Shown here one piece after another: positions 24,024-33,088 of a stretch of 64,000 bases of DNA. Source of the DNA: an uncultured Chloroflexia bacterium (GTDB lineage: Bacteria; Chloroflexota; Limnocylindria; Limnocylindrales; CSP1-4); the NCBI GenBank assembly GCA_963741085.1, contig CAVUGM010000003.1, positions 267,447-331,446 of the forward strand, given 5' to 3'. Under the pieces are notes generated by a model, which ran no database searches, was not told where the DNA came from, and saw nothing but the letters and a program-made list of their open reading frames with translations. A program made the translations under genes and the position numbers. Each line of letters starts with the position of its first letter. Position 1 is the stretch's first letter.

Positions 24024-24143
24024 GAGTTCTCCCTTTCCATTGTCCTTCTTGGTCCCTTGCTCGCGAAGCCATCTGGCTCGCGACCCCGGCACCCCTTCCG
24101 CGCGGCCCCGCAGCCGCGGAGCTGTCGCAGGTCCGACCACTTC

Positions 24144-24449
24144 CTATTCGGTCCCCCCTCCGTAGCTCATCCCCGGGATCTTGTCCCGGTTTCCATAGGC
24201 GCTGGAGCCGTAGTGGCCGAGGTCGAGCACGAAGGCGATCCCGATCCACAGCCAGTCCCAGCCCGAGATGCCCTTTCCCGAGGTCCAGAGGATCGTGTAC
24301 ATCAGGGTCGTGAAGGGCAGGAAGATCAGGCCCAGTAGCGGCCACACGAACGACCCGAAAACCGCGTCCACGACGGCGGGCCGGGCGATCCAGTAGATCG
24401 CGAAGGCGATCCGCGGGAACAGGCCAGCGAAGATCGCAAACAGGCACAT
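24144..24449 (-). CDS. Hypothetical small (101-aa) three-TM membrane protein. A paralogue lies at 36749..37036.
   Basis: ATG 24449 is preceded by GAGGAGGAG. Sequence: MCLFAIFAGLFPRIAFAIYWIARP...LIFLPFTTLMYTILWTSGKGISGWDWLWIGIAFVLDLGHYGSS. Confidence 0.65.
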   Translation of the reverse strand: MCLFAIFAGLFPRIAFAIYWIARPAVVDAVFGSFVWPLLGLIFLPFTTLMYTILWTSGKGISGWDWLWIGIAFVLDLGHYGSSAYGNRDKIPGMSYGGGTE

Positions 24450-24502
24450 GGTGCTACTCCTCCTCGTCCAGTCGCACTCGTCCCTCTCCCATCGGCCGGG
24501 GG

Positions 24503-27409
24503 CTACCCGCCGGCGCCGGCGCCGACGCCGGCCATCGCGGCGTGCTCGTGGAGCACCTTCTGCTCGGCAATGCTCATGGGCTTGAGGTCGAAGACCACGT
24601 TCTTGAGCGTGCCGGTGAAAGCGTACGGCGCCCTGTCCTCGTACGCGAGGTCGACGACCCCGCCGTTGTCGCGGCCCATGTCCATGCCGGCATAGGTCGT
24701 GAAGAGCAACGAGATCGTGTTGGGCATCCTGCCCTCGCCGATCTGCCTGTCGCCGGCCCACAGCGTGACATTGCCGCCCGTGCCAGGCCTGGGCTCATCG
24801 GCCTCGAACAGCATCCTGAGGGTCACATCGCCGGTCGGGATCGGCTCGGTCGAGGTTTGCTTGTAGGTCTCGACGCCCAGGAACTGGTAGGTATGGTTGA
24901 GGTGGCCAGTCTCGTCCACCCACAGCGAGAAGCCGCCGATGAAGTCGGCGAAGGCGCAGAGGACGCCCTCGGCCCCACCCTTGGGCACGTTGACCGCCGC
25001 CTCGATCGCGTACGACCGGCCGTAGATGTGCGGGATCATCGTGGTCTGGATGTTCTGGACGTCGGCCGCGAAGGTGAACCGGGTGACTGTCGGCATCGGG
25101 GGCAACATCCCGAAGAACACCGCGAAGCCGGCGAGCAGCGGCAGCACCCGGTTCCGCTCCGCTTCCTGCCAGAACAGCTCCTTGAGCTCGGCGACCTTGT
25201 CCGGGCGCTGCGTCGCCAGGTTGCGCGCCTGGCTGAAGTCGTCGGGCAGGTAGTAGAGCTCCCACTCGTCCCGGTCGGGGTCGTACCCGCTTCCGGGCTT
25301 GAAACGGGCCAGGGTGGTCGGTGAGAAGTCCCACGGGAGCTTGTCCAGCTTCGAGCAGGCCCACCAGCCATCCTTGTAGATGGCCCGGCTGCCGTACATC
25401 TCGAAGTACTGGACCGTGTGCCGCTCGGCGGCATCGGCGTTCTCCAACGTGTACGCGAAGCTGGTGCCGTCCATCGGCTCCTGCACGATCCCGTCCACTG
25501 TCGTGGGCTGGGGGATGCCGACCAGCTCGAGCACCGTCGGCACGACGTCGATGCAGTGCGTGAACTGGGTTCGCATCGTCGGATCGGGCTTGATGTGGCC
25601 GGGCCAGGCGACCACCATCGGATCGCGGGTGCCGCCCAGATGGCTCGCCATCTGCTTCCCCCACTGGAAGGGGGTGTTGTTGGCGTGGGCCCAGGCCGCC
25701 GCGAAGTGCGGAGCGGTGTGGAAGCCGCCCAGCTCCTCGATGCCACCGTACTTCTCGATGATCGCCATCTGCTGCTCTGCCTCGAGCACGAGGCCGTTGA
25801 AGAACGTCGTCTCGTTGAACGAGCCGGTGAGCGTCCCTTCCATGCTGGCGCCGTTGTCGCCCCAGATGTAGACGATCAGGGTGCTCTCGAGGTCGCCCAT
25901 CTCCTCGATCGAGTCGAGCAGGCGCCCGACGTTCCAGTCGGCGTTCTCCGAGAAGCCGGCGAAGACCTCCATCTGGCGCGCGTACAGGCGCTTCTGGGCG
26001 TCGGTCAGGGAATCCCAGGCGGGGAACAGGTCGGGGCGCTCGGTCAGCTCCGCCTCCGGCGGGATGATGCCGAGCTGCTTCTGGCGCTCGATGGTCCGCG
26101 CGCGGTAGGCGTCCCAGCCGTCGTCGAACTGGCCCCTGTACTTGTCCGCCCAGGTCTTGGCGACGTGGTGCGGGGCGTGCGTGGCGCCGGTCGAGTAGTA
26201 CAGGAACCAGGGCTTGTGCGCGTCCTGCGCCCTGACCGCGTGGAGCCACTCGACGGCCTTGTCCGTGATGTCGTCCGGGAAGTAGTAGAGCTTGCCGTCC
26301 TTGCCCTCGGGCACGCCGAGGGTGGAGTTGTCCTGGGTGATGATCGGGTCGTACTGGCCGGCGGCACCGGTCAGGAAGCCCCACCAGTGGTCGAAGCCCC
26401 AGCCCTGGGGCCAGTGCTCGAACGGACCGGCGGCGCCCATCTCGCGTCCGGGCGTCATGTGCCACTTGCCGAACCCGGCCGTGACGTAGCCGTTCTCCCT
26501 CAGGATGCGCGGCAGGGCCGTGCAGCTTCGCGGTCGCGTGCCCGTGTAGCCTGGGAACGGGCCCGGGAGCTCGGCGATGCCGCCCATGCCGACCCGGTGG
26601 TGGTTGCGTCCGGTGAGCATCGCGGCGCGCGTCGGGGAGCAGACCGCGGTCACATGGAAGCTGTTGTACGTCAGGCCCATCTCCTGGACCCGCGTCAGGT
26701 TCGGGGTCCGGATGCCGCCACCGAAGGTGTCCGGTCCGCCGAACCCGGCGTCGTCGATGAGGACGATGAGAACGTTCGGGGCGCCGTCCGGCGGCCGCGG
26801 GCCCGGAATGAAGCTCCAGTCCGCGACCGACGATTCGAACGTGCGGCCAGCCACGCCACCGAACGTCCGGTCGGGGATGGGGAGCACCGTGCGATCGGGT
26901 TCGAACTTGCCCATCGCCTCGGCGAGCGAGTCCTGGAGCGCCGCGACGCCTGACTTCTCCGATTCCGCGACCGAGAGAAGGAGGGCCCCAGCGAGGGCTC
27001 GCTCGACCGCGAACCGCTGGTCCTCGCCAAACATCGCCAGGATGACGGCTGTGCCCGGCTTGAGCGCCTCGCCGATCTTGTCGTGGAGGCCGGTCTCCAC
27101 CTTGTGCTTCGCGAAGTGTCCGGCGATGCCACCGGCGGCCGCGCCCACGACCGTCGCCGCCAGGAGGGGCGGGGCGGCGAGGCCGACGAGAAACCCGACG
27201 CCCCCGCCCCACGCGACGCCCTTGCGCCCGAGGCTGTCGCCGGTCTGCTCGACGACGACCTCGCCGGCCTCGTCATGGGAAACGAGAATCGCGCCCTCGA
27301 TCCGGACGACCTTGCCCTTCACGAGCTCGACCAGCCCGTCGAAATCCTTGGTCGCCGCCTCGATGCCGCGGTATCCGGCGACGAGGACGTCGGTGAGTTC
27401 CTCAGCCAT
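24503..27409 (-). CDS. Cys-type arylsulfatase fused in frame to an N-terminal DUF1269-like (glycine-zipper membrane) module, intact.
   Basis: ATG 27409 (MAEELTDVLVAGYRG) is preceded by GGAGGGAAGGA. The N-terminal roughly 165 aa contain GVAWGGGVGFLVGLAAPPLLAATVVGAAAGGIAGHF. The sulfatase core contains PNVLIVLIDDAGFGGPDTFGG, the FGly motif CSPTRAAMLTGRNHH, and GKWH. There is no stop codon between the two parts. An internal ATG at 26914 (MGKFEPDRTVLPIP) sits where stand-alone homologues would begin. Confidence 0.85.
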   Translation of the reverse strand: MAEELTDVLVAGYRGIEAATKDFDGLVELVKGKVVRIEGAILVSHDEAGEVVVEQTGDSLGRKGVAWGGGVGFLVGLAAPPLLAATVVGAAAGGIAGHFAKHKVETGLHDKIGEALKPGTAVILAMFGEDQRFAVERALAGALLLSVAESEKSGVAALQDSLAEAMGKFEPDRTVLPIPDRTFGGVAGRTFESSVADWSFIPGPRPPDGAPNVLIVLIDDAGFGGPDTFGGGIRTPNLTRVQEMGLTYNSFHVTAVCSPTRAAMLTGRNHHRVGMGGIAELPGPFPGYTGTRPRSCTALPRILRENGYVTAGFGKWHMTPGREMGAAGPFEHWPQGWGFDHWWGFLTGAAGQYDPIITQDNSTLGVPEGKDGKLYYFPDDITDKAVEWLHAVRAQDAHKPWFLYYSTGATHAPHHVAKTWADKYRGQFDDGWDAYRARTIERQKQLGIIPPEAELTERPDLFPAWDSLTDAQKRLYARQMEVFAGFSENADWNVGRLLDSIEEMGDLESTLIVYIWGDNGASMEGTLTGSFNETTFFNGLVLEAEQQMAIIEKYGGIEELGGFHTAPHFAAAWAHANNTPFQWGKQMASHLGGTRDPMVVAWPGHIKPDPTMRTQFTHCIDVVPTVLELVGIPQPTTVDGIVQEPMDGTSFAYTLENADAAERHTVQYFEMYGSRAIYKDGWWACSKLDKLPWDFSPTTLARFKPGSGYDPDRDEWELYYLPDDFSQARNLATQRPDKVAELKELFWQEAERNRVLPLLAGFAVFFGMLPPMPTVTRFTFAADVQNIQTTMIPHIYGRSYAIEAAVNVPKGGAEGVLCAFADFIGGFSLWVDETGHLNHTYQFLGVETYKQTSTEPIPTGDVTLRMLFEADEPRPGTGGNVTLWAGDRQIGEGRMPNTISLLFTTYAGMDMGRDNGGVVDLAYEDRAPYAFTGTLKNVVFDLKPMSIAEQKVLHEHAAMAGVGAGAGG

Positions 27410-27707
27410 GGGTGATCCTTCCCTCCGAACCGCGCGCTCCGGACTTCGATCATGCGGGTCGGCCCGGGGCCCCGTACCGGTCATCCCGGGCGCGGTTGCT
27501 GGTGCGCCTGTTGGCCACCATTCAAGCCGGGCATGGCGTCCCGGGCATCACCCCGCCGGGATGATCCGGCGGCGCCGGCAGGGCCGGCGCACCCGTAAAC
27601 CCCGCCGTCGATGCTCGCCGCCGCTTTCACCCCGGCAAGGTGATGCGGACCGGGACAGGATGGCGTGGAATGGGGTTGGGACTGTCCCTCGGCGCGTTGC
27701 TCCCGAG

Positions 27708-28130
27708 ATGGTGAGCCAGATGACCGTTCGGCCCGTGGAAGACGCGTTTCGCCGCCTCACGATCGGTGACGCCGGCATGATCGCGGCGATGGCAGGCTCG
27801 GGGGGCGGCGAGCCGGACGCGCTGCGCCTCGACGTGCGCACCGAAACTCTGCTCCGGATCGGCGCGCTGATAGCCCTGGACGCACCCCCGTCGTCGTATC
27901 GGACGGAGGTGGACGCCGCCATGACTGCGGGCGCGCGCCTCGAGGACCTGCTCGGAGTCCTGATCGCGGTGGCCGGCCCCGTCGGTTCGGCACGCCTGAT
28001 CTCGGCGGCGCCGAGGATCGCGCTTGCCGCCGGCTACGACGTCGAGGCGGCCCTCGAAGACGTCGCAGGTCTGGATGGCGAGCCGCCGATCCCGGGGCGT
28101 GCCGAGGCGACGTCCACGCCAACGCCCTGA
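27708..28130 (+). CDS. Carboxymuconolactone decarboxylase (AhpD-like) family protein.
   Basis: LDVRTETLLRIGALIALDAPPSSYRTEVDAAMTAGARLEDLLGVLIAVAGPVGSARLISAAPRIALAAGYD at the end of ORF 26577..28130. The start is chosen at MVSQMTVRP and remains uncertain. Confidence 0.7.
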   Translation: MVSQMTVRPVEDAFRRLTIGDAGMIAAMAGSGGGEPDALRLDVRTETLLRIGALIALDAPPSSYRTEVDAAMTAGARLEDLLGVLIAVAGPVGSARLISAAPRIALAAGYDVEAALEDVAGLDGEPPIPGRAEATSTPTP

Positions 28131-28245
28131 CCCCACGCACGGGCGGACAGGGCGGATCGACGCGCCGACCCGCCGTCCGGGGCACCTCAGCGGCGGCCGG
28201 CCGCGCCCGTCGAGGCCCGGGGCGACGTCGTGGTAGGGTGTCCGG

Positions 28246-30591
28246 GTGTCCCGGTATCGGGCCGCGGCCACGGGAGGGTCGTCGATCTCGTCAGTCAGCT
28301 CGCGGCAGGGACGGAGCGTCCGACGGGAGGGCAGCACCTTCCGGCCCGCGACGCTGCTCGTCGAAGCCAAGCTCCATCCGCCCGCGCGTCGAACCGGGAT
28401 CGTCCGCCGGCCCCGGCTGCTCGAGCTGCTCGCCAACCCGGCCACGCCACCCATCGTCTCCGTTCTGGCCCCGCCGGGCTACGGGAAGAGCGTCCTGCTG
28501 GCCGACTGGGCGGCCAGCGACCGTCGTCCTGCCGCCTGGCTCAGCCTCGACGACAACGACAACGATCCGGCCGTGTTCCTGGCATACCTCGCCGCTGCGT
28601 TCGATCGGATCGAGCCAGTCGAGGACGGGATGCGTGCCGCCATCGCGGCTCCGCGGGGCCGGATCCTGGCGACCGCGGTGCCCCGCCTCGCGTCGGAGCT
28701 GCATCGCTGGGGACGGCCGGGGCTGATCATCCTCGACGACGTGCACCGGCTCGTCGATCGGGTCGCCCTCGACGCGCTGACCGCGCTCCTCGATCACCTC
28801 CCGCCTGGCGCCCGCGTTGCGATTGCAGCACGCACCCAGCCCGACCTGCCCTTTGGCCGGCTCCGGGTCCGCCCGGGCCTCCTCGAGATCGGCCGGGAGG
28901 CATTGGCGTTCACCGACGACGAAGCCTGCGAGCTGGTGACTGCCGCCGGGCGAAGCGCCTCGCGAGCCGAGATCCAGCGCCTCACCGAGCGGACCGAAGG
29001 CTGGCCAGCCGGGATCTACCTGGCGACTCTGGCGCCGTCCGAAGCAAGGAGCGTGGGGGCGAGACTCGGAGCGGTCACGGGCCAGGACCGCTACATCTCC
29101 GAGTACCTCCGGGTCGAGCTGCAGGCGAGCCTCGACGAGGACGACGTCGGCTTCCTTCTCCGGACCTCGATCCTCGAGCTCGTCGAACCCGCAGTCGCCG
29201 ACGCGGTCGTCGGGCAGCCGGGCGCCGCAGATCGGCTCCGGCGACTCGCCCGGACCTACCTTCTGGTTGAGCCGGTGGCATCCGGCGGGGCATATCGCTA
29301 CCACAACCTCCTTCGAGACTACCTCGCCGACGAGCTGGAGCGGCGCGAAGCCGGGGCGGCAGCCGGGCTCCATCGCGCCGCGGCGGCCTGGTACGAGGCC
29401 GCCGGGCGCCACACGGAGGCGGTCCGCCATGCGATCGCGAGCGGTGACGTCGACGCGGCCGCGCGCCTCGTGACGGGCGTCGCCCTGCGAACCTTCTACG
29501 GCGGGCAAAGATCCACACTCGAAGGATGGCTGCGTCGCTTCGATGACACGGCCTTCGAGCGGCACCCCCCGCTCGCGGTCATCGCAGGCTCGATTCACCT
29601 CCTCAACGGGCGGGCCGCCGAAGCCGACCGCATGGCGGACATCGCGGACCGTGCGACCTTCGACGAGCCGCCCGGCGACGGGTCTGCCTCCTTCGAGTCG
29701 TCGCGGGCCATGCTCCGGGCCATCATGGCCCGCCATGGACCGGACGCCGCCCTGGCGAACGCCGAATATGCCGCGGCGCAGGAGGAACCGAACAGCCCGT
29801 GGCGGACGAATGCCCTCTGGCTGCTCGGGGCGACTCGCCTGCTCGTCGGCGACGTCGGAGGGGCGGACGGCGCGTTCGCCGGAGCGGTCGCCGTGGGAGC
29901 GCTGGCGGGGGCGACCAGCATGGACGCGCTTGCCTACCGGGCGGCGATCGCCATGTCACGCGGCGACTGGACGACGGGCGAGCGCCTCGCCCGCGACAGC
30001 CTGCAGATGCTCGAGGCGGCGCACTTCAACGAGATCGTGGCCGCGCTGATGCCCTATGCGGTGGGTGCTCGGGCGGCCGTCCATCGGGGTGATCGGCCCG
30101 CCGCGCGACAGCTGCTCGTACGTGCGCAGCTGGTGCGCCCGTTGGCGACCCACGCGGAGCCCTGGTTCGCCGTTGGCTCCCTCCTCCACGTCGCCCGCGC
30201 CTACCTGGCAATGGCAGACACGGCCGGAGCCCGGAGTGCAATCCTGGGGGCGCGGGAGATCCTTCGCGCTCGCCCCAACCTCGGGACGCTCGTGCCCGAG
30301 TTCGAGGAGCTCCGGCAACGGGTCGACGAAGCTGACTCGGCCCTCACGGGGCCGTCGACCCTGACGCCCGCCGAGCTGCAGGTCCTCGGGATCCTGCCCA
30401 CCTACCTCTCGTTCCAGGAGATCGCCGACCGCCTGACCGTGTCACGGAACACCGTGAAGACACAGGCCCTCTCGGTCTACGGCAAGCTCGGGGCGTCCTC
30501 GCGCAGCGAAGCCGTCCAGCGGGCGGTGGAGCTCGGCCTGCTCGAGCCATTCCCCGGCCTCGCGGTCACTCGGATGCCGTCGCGACCCTGA
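28246..30591 (+). CDS. LAL/MalT-type LuxR-family transcriptional regulator (NTPase, TPR-like region, C-terminal HTH), intact.
   Basis: 781-aa ORF. It has the Walker A sequence VLAPPGYGKSVLLADW, then AAWLSLDDNDNDPAVFLAYL, then GLIILDDVHRL. The C-terminus TPAELQVLGILPTYLSFQEIADRLTVSRNTVKTQALSVYGKLG is a LuxR HTH. TAGGGT at 28234-28239 lies 6 nt before the GTG. Confidence 0.9.
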   Translation: MSRYRAAATGGSSISSVSSRQGRSVRREGSTFRPATLLVEAKLHPPARRTGIVRRPRLLELLANPATPPIVSVLAPPGYGKSVLLADWAASDRRPAAWLSLDDNDNDPAVFLAYLAAAFDRIEPVEDGMRAAIAAPRGRILATAVPRLASELHRWGRPGLIILDDVHRLVDRVALDALTALLDHLPPGARVAIAARTQPDLPFGRLRVRPGLLEIGREALAFTDDEACELVTAAGRSASRAEIQRLTERTEGWPAGIYLATLAPSEARSVGARLGAVTGQDRYISEYLRVELQASLDEDDVGFLLRTSILELVEPAVADAVVGQPGAADRLRRLARTYLLVEPVASGGAYRYHNLLRDYLADELERREAGAAAGLHRAAAAWYEAAGRHTEAVRHAIASGDVDAAARLVTGVALRTFYGGQRSTLEGWLRRFDDTAFERHPPLAVIAGSIHLLNGRAAEADRMADIADRATFDEPPGDGSASFESSRAMLRAIMARHGPDAALANAEYAAAQEEPNSPWRTNALWLLGATRLLVGDVGGADGAFAGAVAVGALAGATSMDALAYRAAIAMSRGDWTTGERLARDSLQMLEAAHFNEIVAALMPYAVGARAAVHRGDRPAARQLLVRAQLVRPLATHAEPWFAVGSLLHVARAYLAMADTAGARSAILGAREILRARPNLGTLVPEFEELRQRVDEADSALTGPSTLTPAELQVLGILPTYLSFQEIADRLTVSRNTVKTQALSVYGKLGASSRSEAVQRAVELGLLEPFPGLAVTRMPSRP

Positions 30592-30659
30592 TCCCGGGGG
30601 GCGCGGCACCGCACGCCGGGGACGCGGCAAGCCGATCGGCGGGCGTCGACTACCGCCGG

Positions 30660-33017
30660 CTACTCACGGGAGAGCATCGCCGCGGCCTCGCGCTCCATGT
30701 CCACGAACGGCTCGCCGCTCACGTCGACCGCGACCCGGTGGATCGTGCCGCCCGTGAAGCGGTACGGCGACACGCCAGGGTAGTCGTCCGTCACTGGCTC
30801 GCCGCCGTCACGACCGACTGCCAGGCCCTCGCCGGCGAGCGAGAACATGCCCGGCTGCGTCTTGATCCGGCCCTCACCCACCTTCTTCTCGCCGTGGTAC
30901 AGCGACAGGATGCCGGTAGAGACGTGGGGCGGATCCTCGCCGTCCTTCTCGAACGATGCGGCGAGGATCAGGTTCGTGCCCGTCGGGAGGTCTTCGGTCG
31001 CGTCGATCCGCTGCGCGAACATCCCCACGAAGCTGTTCACGTAGTGGAGTCGATTGTCCTTCACATACAGGGCTTGCCCGCCGAAGCGGGCCCCCTGCGA
31101 GAACAGCACGCCCTCTGCGTCAGGTGCCGGGATGTCGACCAGGGCGCCGATCGTGAACGAGCGGTTACGGACGTTGACGGCCAAGGCCTCGGGGACCTCG
31201 GCCAGGTCAGGGTAGTACACGTAGCGCTGACGCGGCTTGGTGAGCTGCGGCCGGGGCGTCAGGATGATCTCGAGCGGCGTCCGGTCGTCGAGCGGGAACG
31301 CACCGTTCCGGCCCGCCTCCGCGTACCAGAGGTTGACCAGCTCGCGCAGCTTGTCGGGGTGCTCGCCGGCGAGGTCGTGGAGCTCGGACCGGTCGCTCTC
31401 GACGTGGTACAGCTCCCAGGTGTCGTCGTTGAAGTGGCCCCAACCGGCGATCGTGGGGTGGGTCGTGACGGCCTTCCAGCCGTCATGCCAGATCGCCCGG
31501 GAGCCGAGCATCGAGTAGAACTGCGTGCCCCGCGAGGACTGGGCGTCCGGATGGTCCCGCGTGTAGCGCATGCTCACGCCGTCGAACGGCGTCTGGACGT
31601 GGCCCTTGATTCGGGCGGGCATCTCGACGCCGAGGACGTCGAGGATCGTGGGCGCGATGTCGATGGCGTGGTGGTACTGCGACCGGATCTGGCCCGCCGC
31701 CACCTCGTCGCCCGGCCACGAGATGATGCACGGGTCCGACGTGCCGCCGTTGAACTCGTAGCGCTTCCACATCTTGAACGGCGTGTTGAACGCCATCGCC
31801 CAGCCGTTCGGGTAGTGGTTGTAGGTCTTCGGGCCGCCGAGCTCGTCGAGCATCGCGAGGTTGGCCTCGAGGCTGTCGGGGATCCCGTTGAACAACAGGT
31901 TCTCGTTGACCGAGCCGTCGGGGCCGCCCTCGCCCGATGCGCCGTTGTCCGAAACGACGATGACCATCGTGTTCTCGCGCTCGCCGGACTCCTCGAGGAA
32001 GTCGAGCAGCCGGCCGATCTGGTTGTCGGCGTGCGACAGGAACCCCGCGTAGACCTCGGCCATCCGCGAGAAGAGGCGCTTCTCGCCGTCGGAGAGCGTG
32101 TCCCAGGGCTTCGTGTACTCGAGCGGCGGGAAGCCCTTCCCGTCGGGCCCCTGCCGTGTCTGCGCCGTCCCGATCGGGTTGAGCGGCGGGAGCTCGGTGT
32201 CCGCCGGGACGAGGCCCATCTGCTTCTGGCGAGCGAGGGTCTGCTCGCGCATCGCCTCGTAGCCCGTGTCGAAGGCGCCCCTGTACTTCGCGATCCATTC
32301 CTTCGGGGCGTGGTGCGGAGCGTGTGCCGCGCCGGGAGCGTAGTACAGGAAGAACGGCTTTTCCGGCGCGATGACCTTGGAGTCCTTGATGAACTCGATC
32401 GCCTTGTCCGTGATGTCGACGCTGAGGTGGTAGCCGTCCTCGGCGAGCATCGGCGGGTCCACCGGGTGGTTGTCGTAGACGAGGTCGGGCGCCCATTGGT
32501 TGGTCTCGGCGCCCAGGAAGCCGTACCAGCGCTCGAACCCGCGGCCGCTGGGCCAGTTGCGACGGGTCGCGGCGACGGTCATCTCGTCGGTCGGGCACAG
32601 GTGCCACTTGCCGACCATGTAGGTGTTCCAACCGCGCTCCGCCAGGATCTCCGACAGCATCCCGTTCTCGGGCGGGATCACGCCATTGAGGTTGGGGAAG
32701 CCGCTGGAAGCTTCTGTGATGCAGCCCATTGCATTCCGGGTGTGGTTGCGCCCGGTGAGGAGGCAAGAGCGCGTCGGCGAGCACAGCGCGGTGGTGTGCC
32801 ACTGCGTGTATCGGACGCCGCCGGCCGCAACGCGGTCGATGTTAGGCGTGTCGATGGGGCCGCCATAGCAGGACAGCGCAGAGAAGCCAACGTCATCGAG
32901 CACGATGTAGACGACGTTCGGCGCACCTTCGGGGGCCTTCGGGGCGCCGAAGGGCTCCCAATCCGGCACCGAGTCACGGATGTCGACGTTGATGGTGCCT
33001 TTGAACGGCGCGCTCAT
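30660..33017 (-). CDS. Cys-type arylsulfatase (about 785 aa, actinobacterial AtsA-like), intact.
   Basis: Contains PNVVYIVLDDVGFSALSCYGG, the FGly motif CSPTRSCLLTGRNHT, GKWHLCP, and VVSDNGASGEGG. GGAGGTG lies upstream of ATG 33017. An alternative GTG is at 33029. Confidence 0.9.
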   Translation of the reverse strand: MSAPFKGTINVDIRDSVPDWEPFGAPKAPEGAPNVVYIVLDDVGFSALSCYGGPIDTPNIDRVAAGGVRYTQWHTTALCSPTRSCLLTGRNHTRNAMGCITEASSGFPNLNGVIPPENGMLSEILAERGWNTYMVGKWHLCPTDEMTVAATRRNWPSGRGFERWYGFLGAETNQWAPDLVYDNHPVDPPMLAEDGYHLSVDITDKAIEFIKDSKVIAPEKPFFLYYAPGAAHAPHHAPKEWIAKYRGAFDTGYEAMREQTLARQKQMGLVPADTELPPLNPIGTAQTRQGPDGKGFPPLEYTKPWDTLSDGEKRLFSRMAEVYAGFLSHADNQIGRLLDFLEESGERENTMVIVVSDNGASGEGGPDGSVNENLLFNGIPDSLEANLAMLDELGGPKTYNHYPNGWAMAFNTPFKMWKRYEFNGGTSDPCIISWPGDEVAAGQIRSQYHHAIDIAPTILDVLGVEMPARIKGHVQTPFDGVSMRYTRDHPDAQSSRGTQFYSMLGSRAIWHDGWKAVTTHPTIAGWGHFNDDTWELYHVESDRSELHDLAGEHPDKLRELVNLWYAEAGRNGAFPLDDRTPLEIILTPRPQLTKPRQRYVYYPDLAEVPEALAVNVRNRSFTIGALVDIPAPDAEGVLFSQGARFGGQALYVKDNRLHYVNSFVGMFAQRIDATEDLPTGTNLILAASFEKDGEDPPHVSTGILSLYHGEKKVGEGRIKTQPGMFSLAGEGLAVGRDGGEPVTDDYPGVSPYRFTGGTIHRVAVDVSGEPFVDMEREAAAMLSRE

Positions 33018-33063
33018 GGGAAGCCCCACCTCCAGCTGCTGCCTGATCGAAGCTTAAGGTACG

Positions 33064-33088
33064 GTGCCAAGAAGTAGCGTGCCAAGAA
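33064..33088 (-). promoter_or_regulatory. Direct repeat TTCTTGGCAC x2 (as read on the minus strand; 15-nt period) in a lower-GC patch upstream of the second sulfatase. Candidate regulator site.
   Basis: GTGCCAAGAA occurs on the + strand at 33064-33073 and 33079-33088, 47-71 nt upstream of ATG 33017. TACCTT (TAnnnT) lies between the repeat and the RBS. Confidence 0.35.

Noticed and set aside
24795-27212. 805-aa minus-strand ORF and the 511-aa + ORF 25418..26953 overlapping the sulfatase fusion
   Set aside because: These are off-frame or antisense readings of the sulfatase gene. Only the 24503..27484 frame contains the sulfatase motifs (CSPTRAAMLTGR and others).
30738-33077. 779-aa + strand ORF
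   Set aside because: It is antisense to the intact arylsulfatase (30660..33017). It is low-complexity and Arg/Val/Asp-rich with no motifs.
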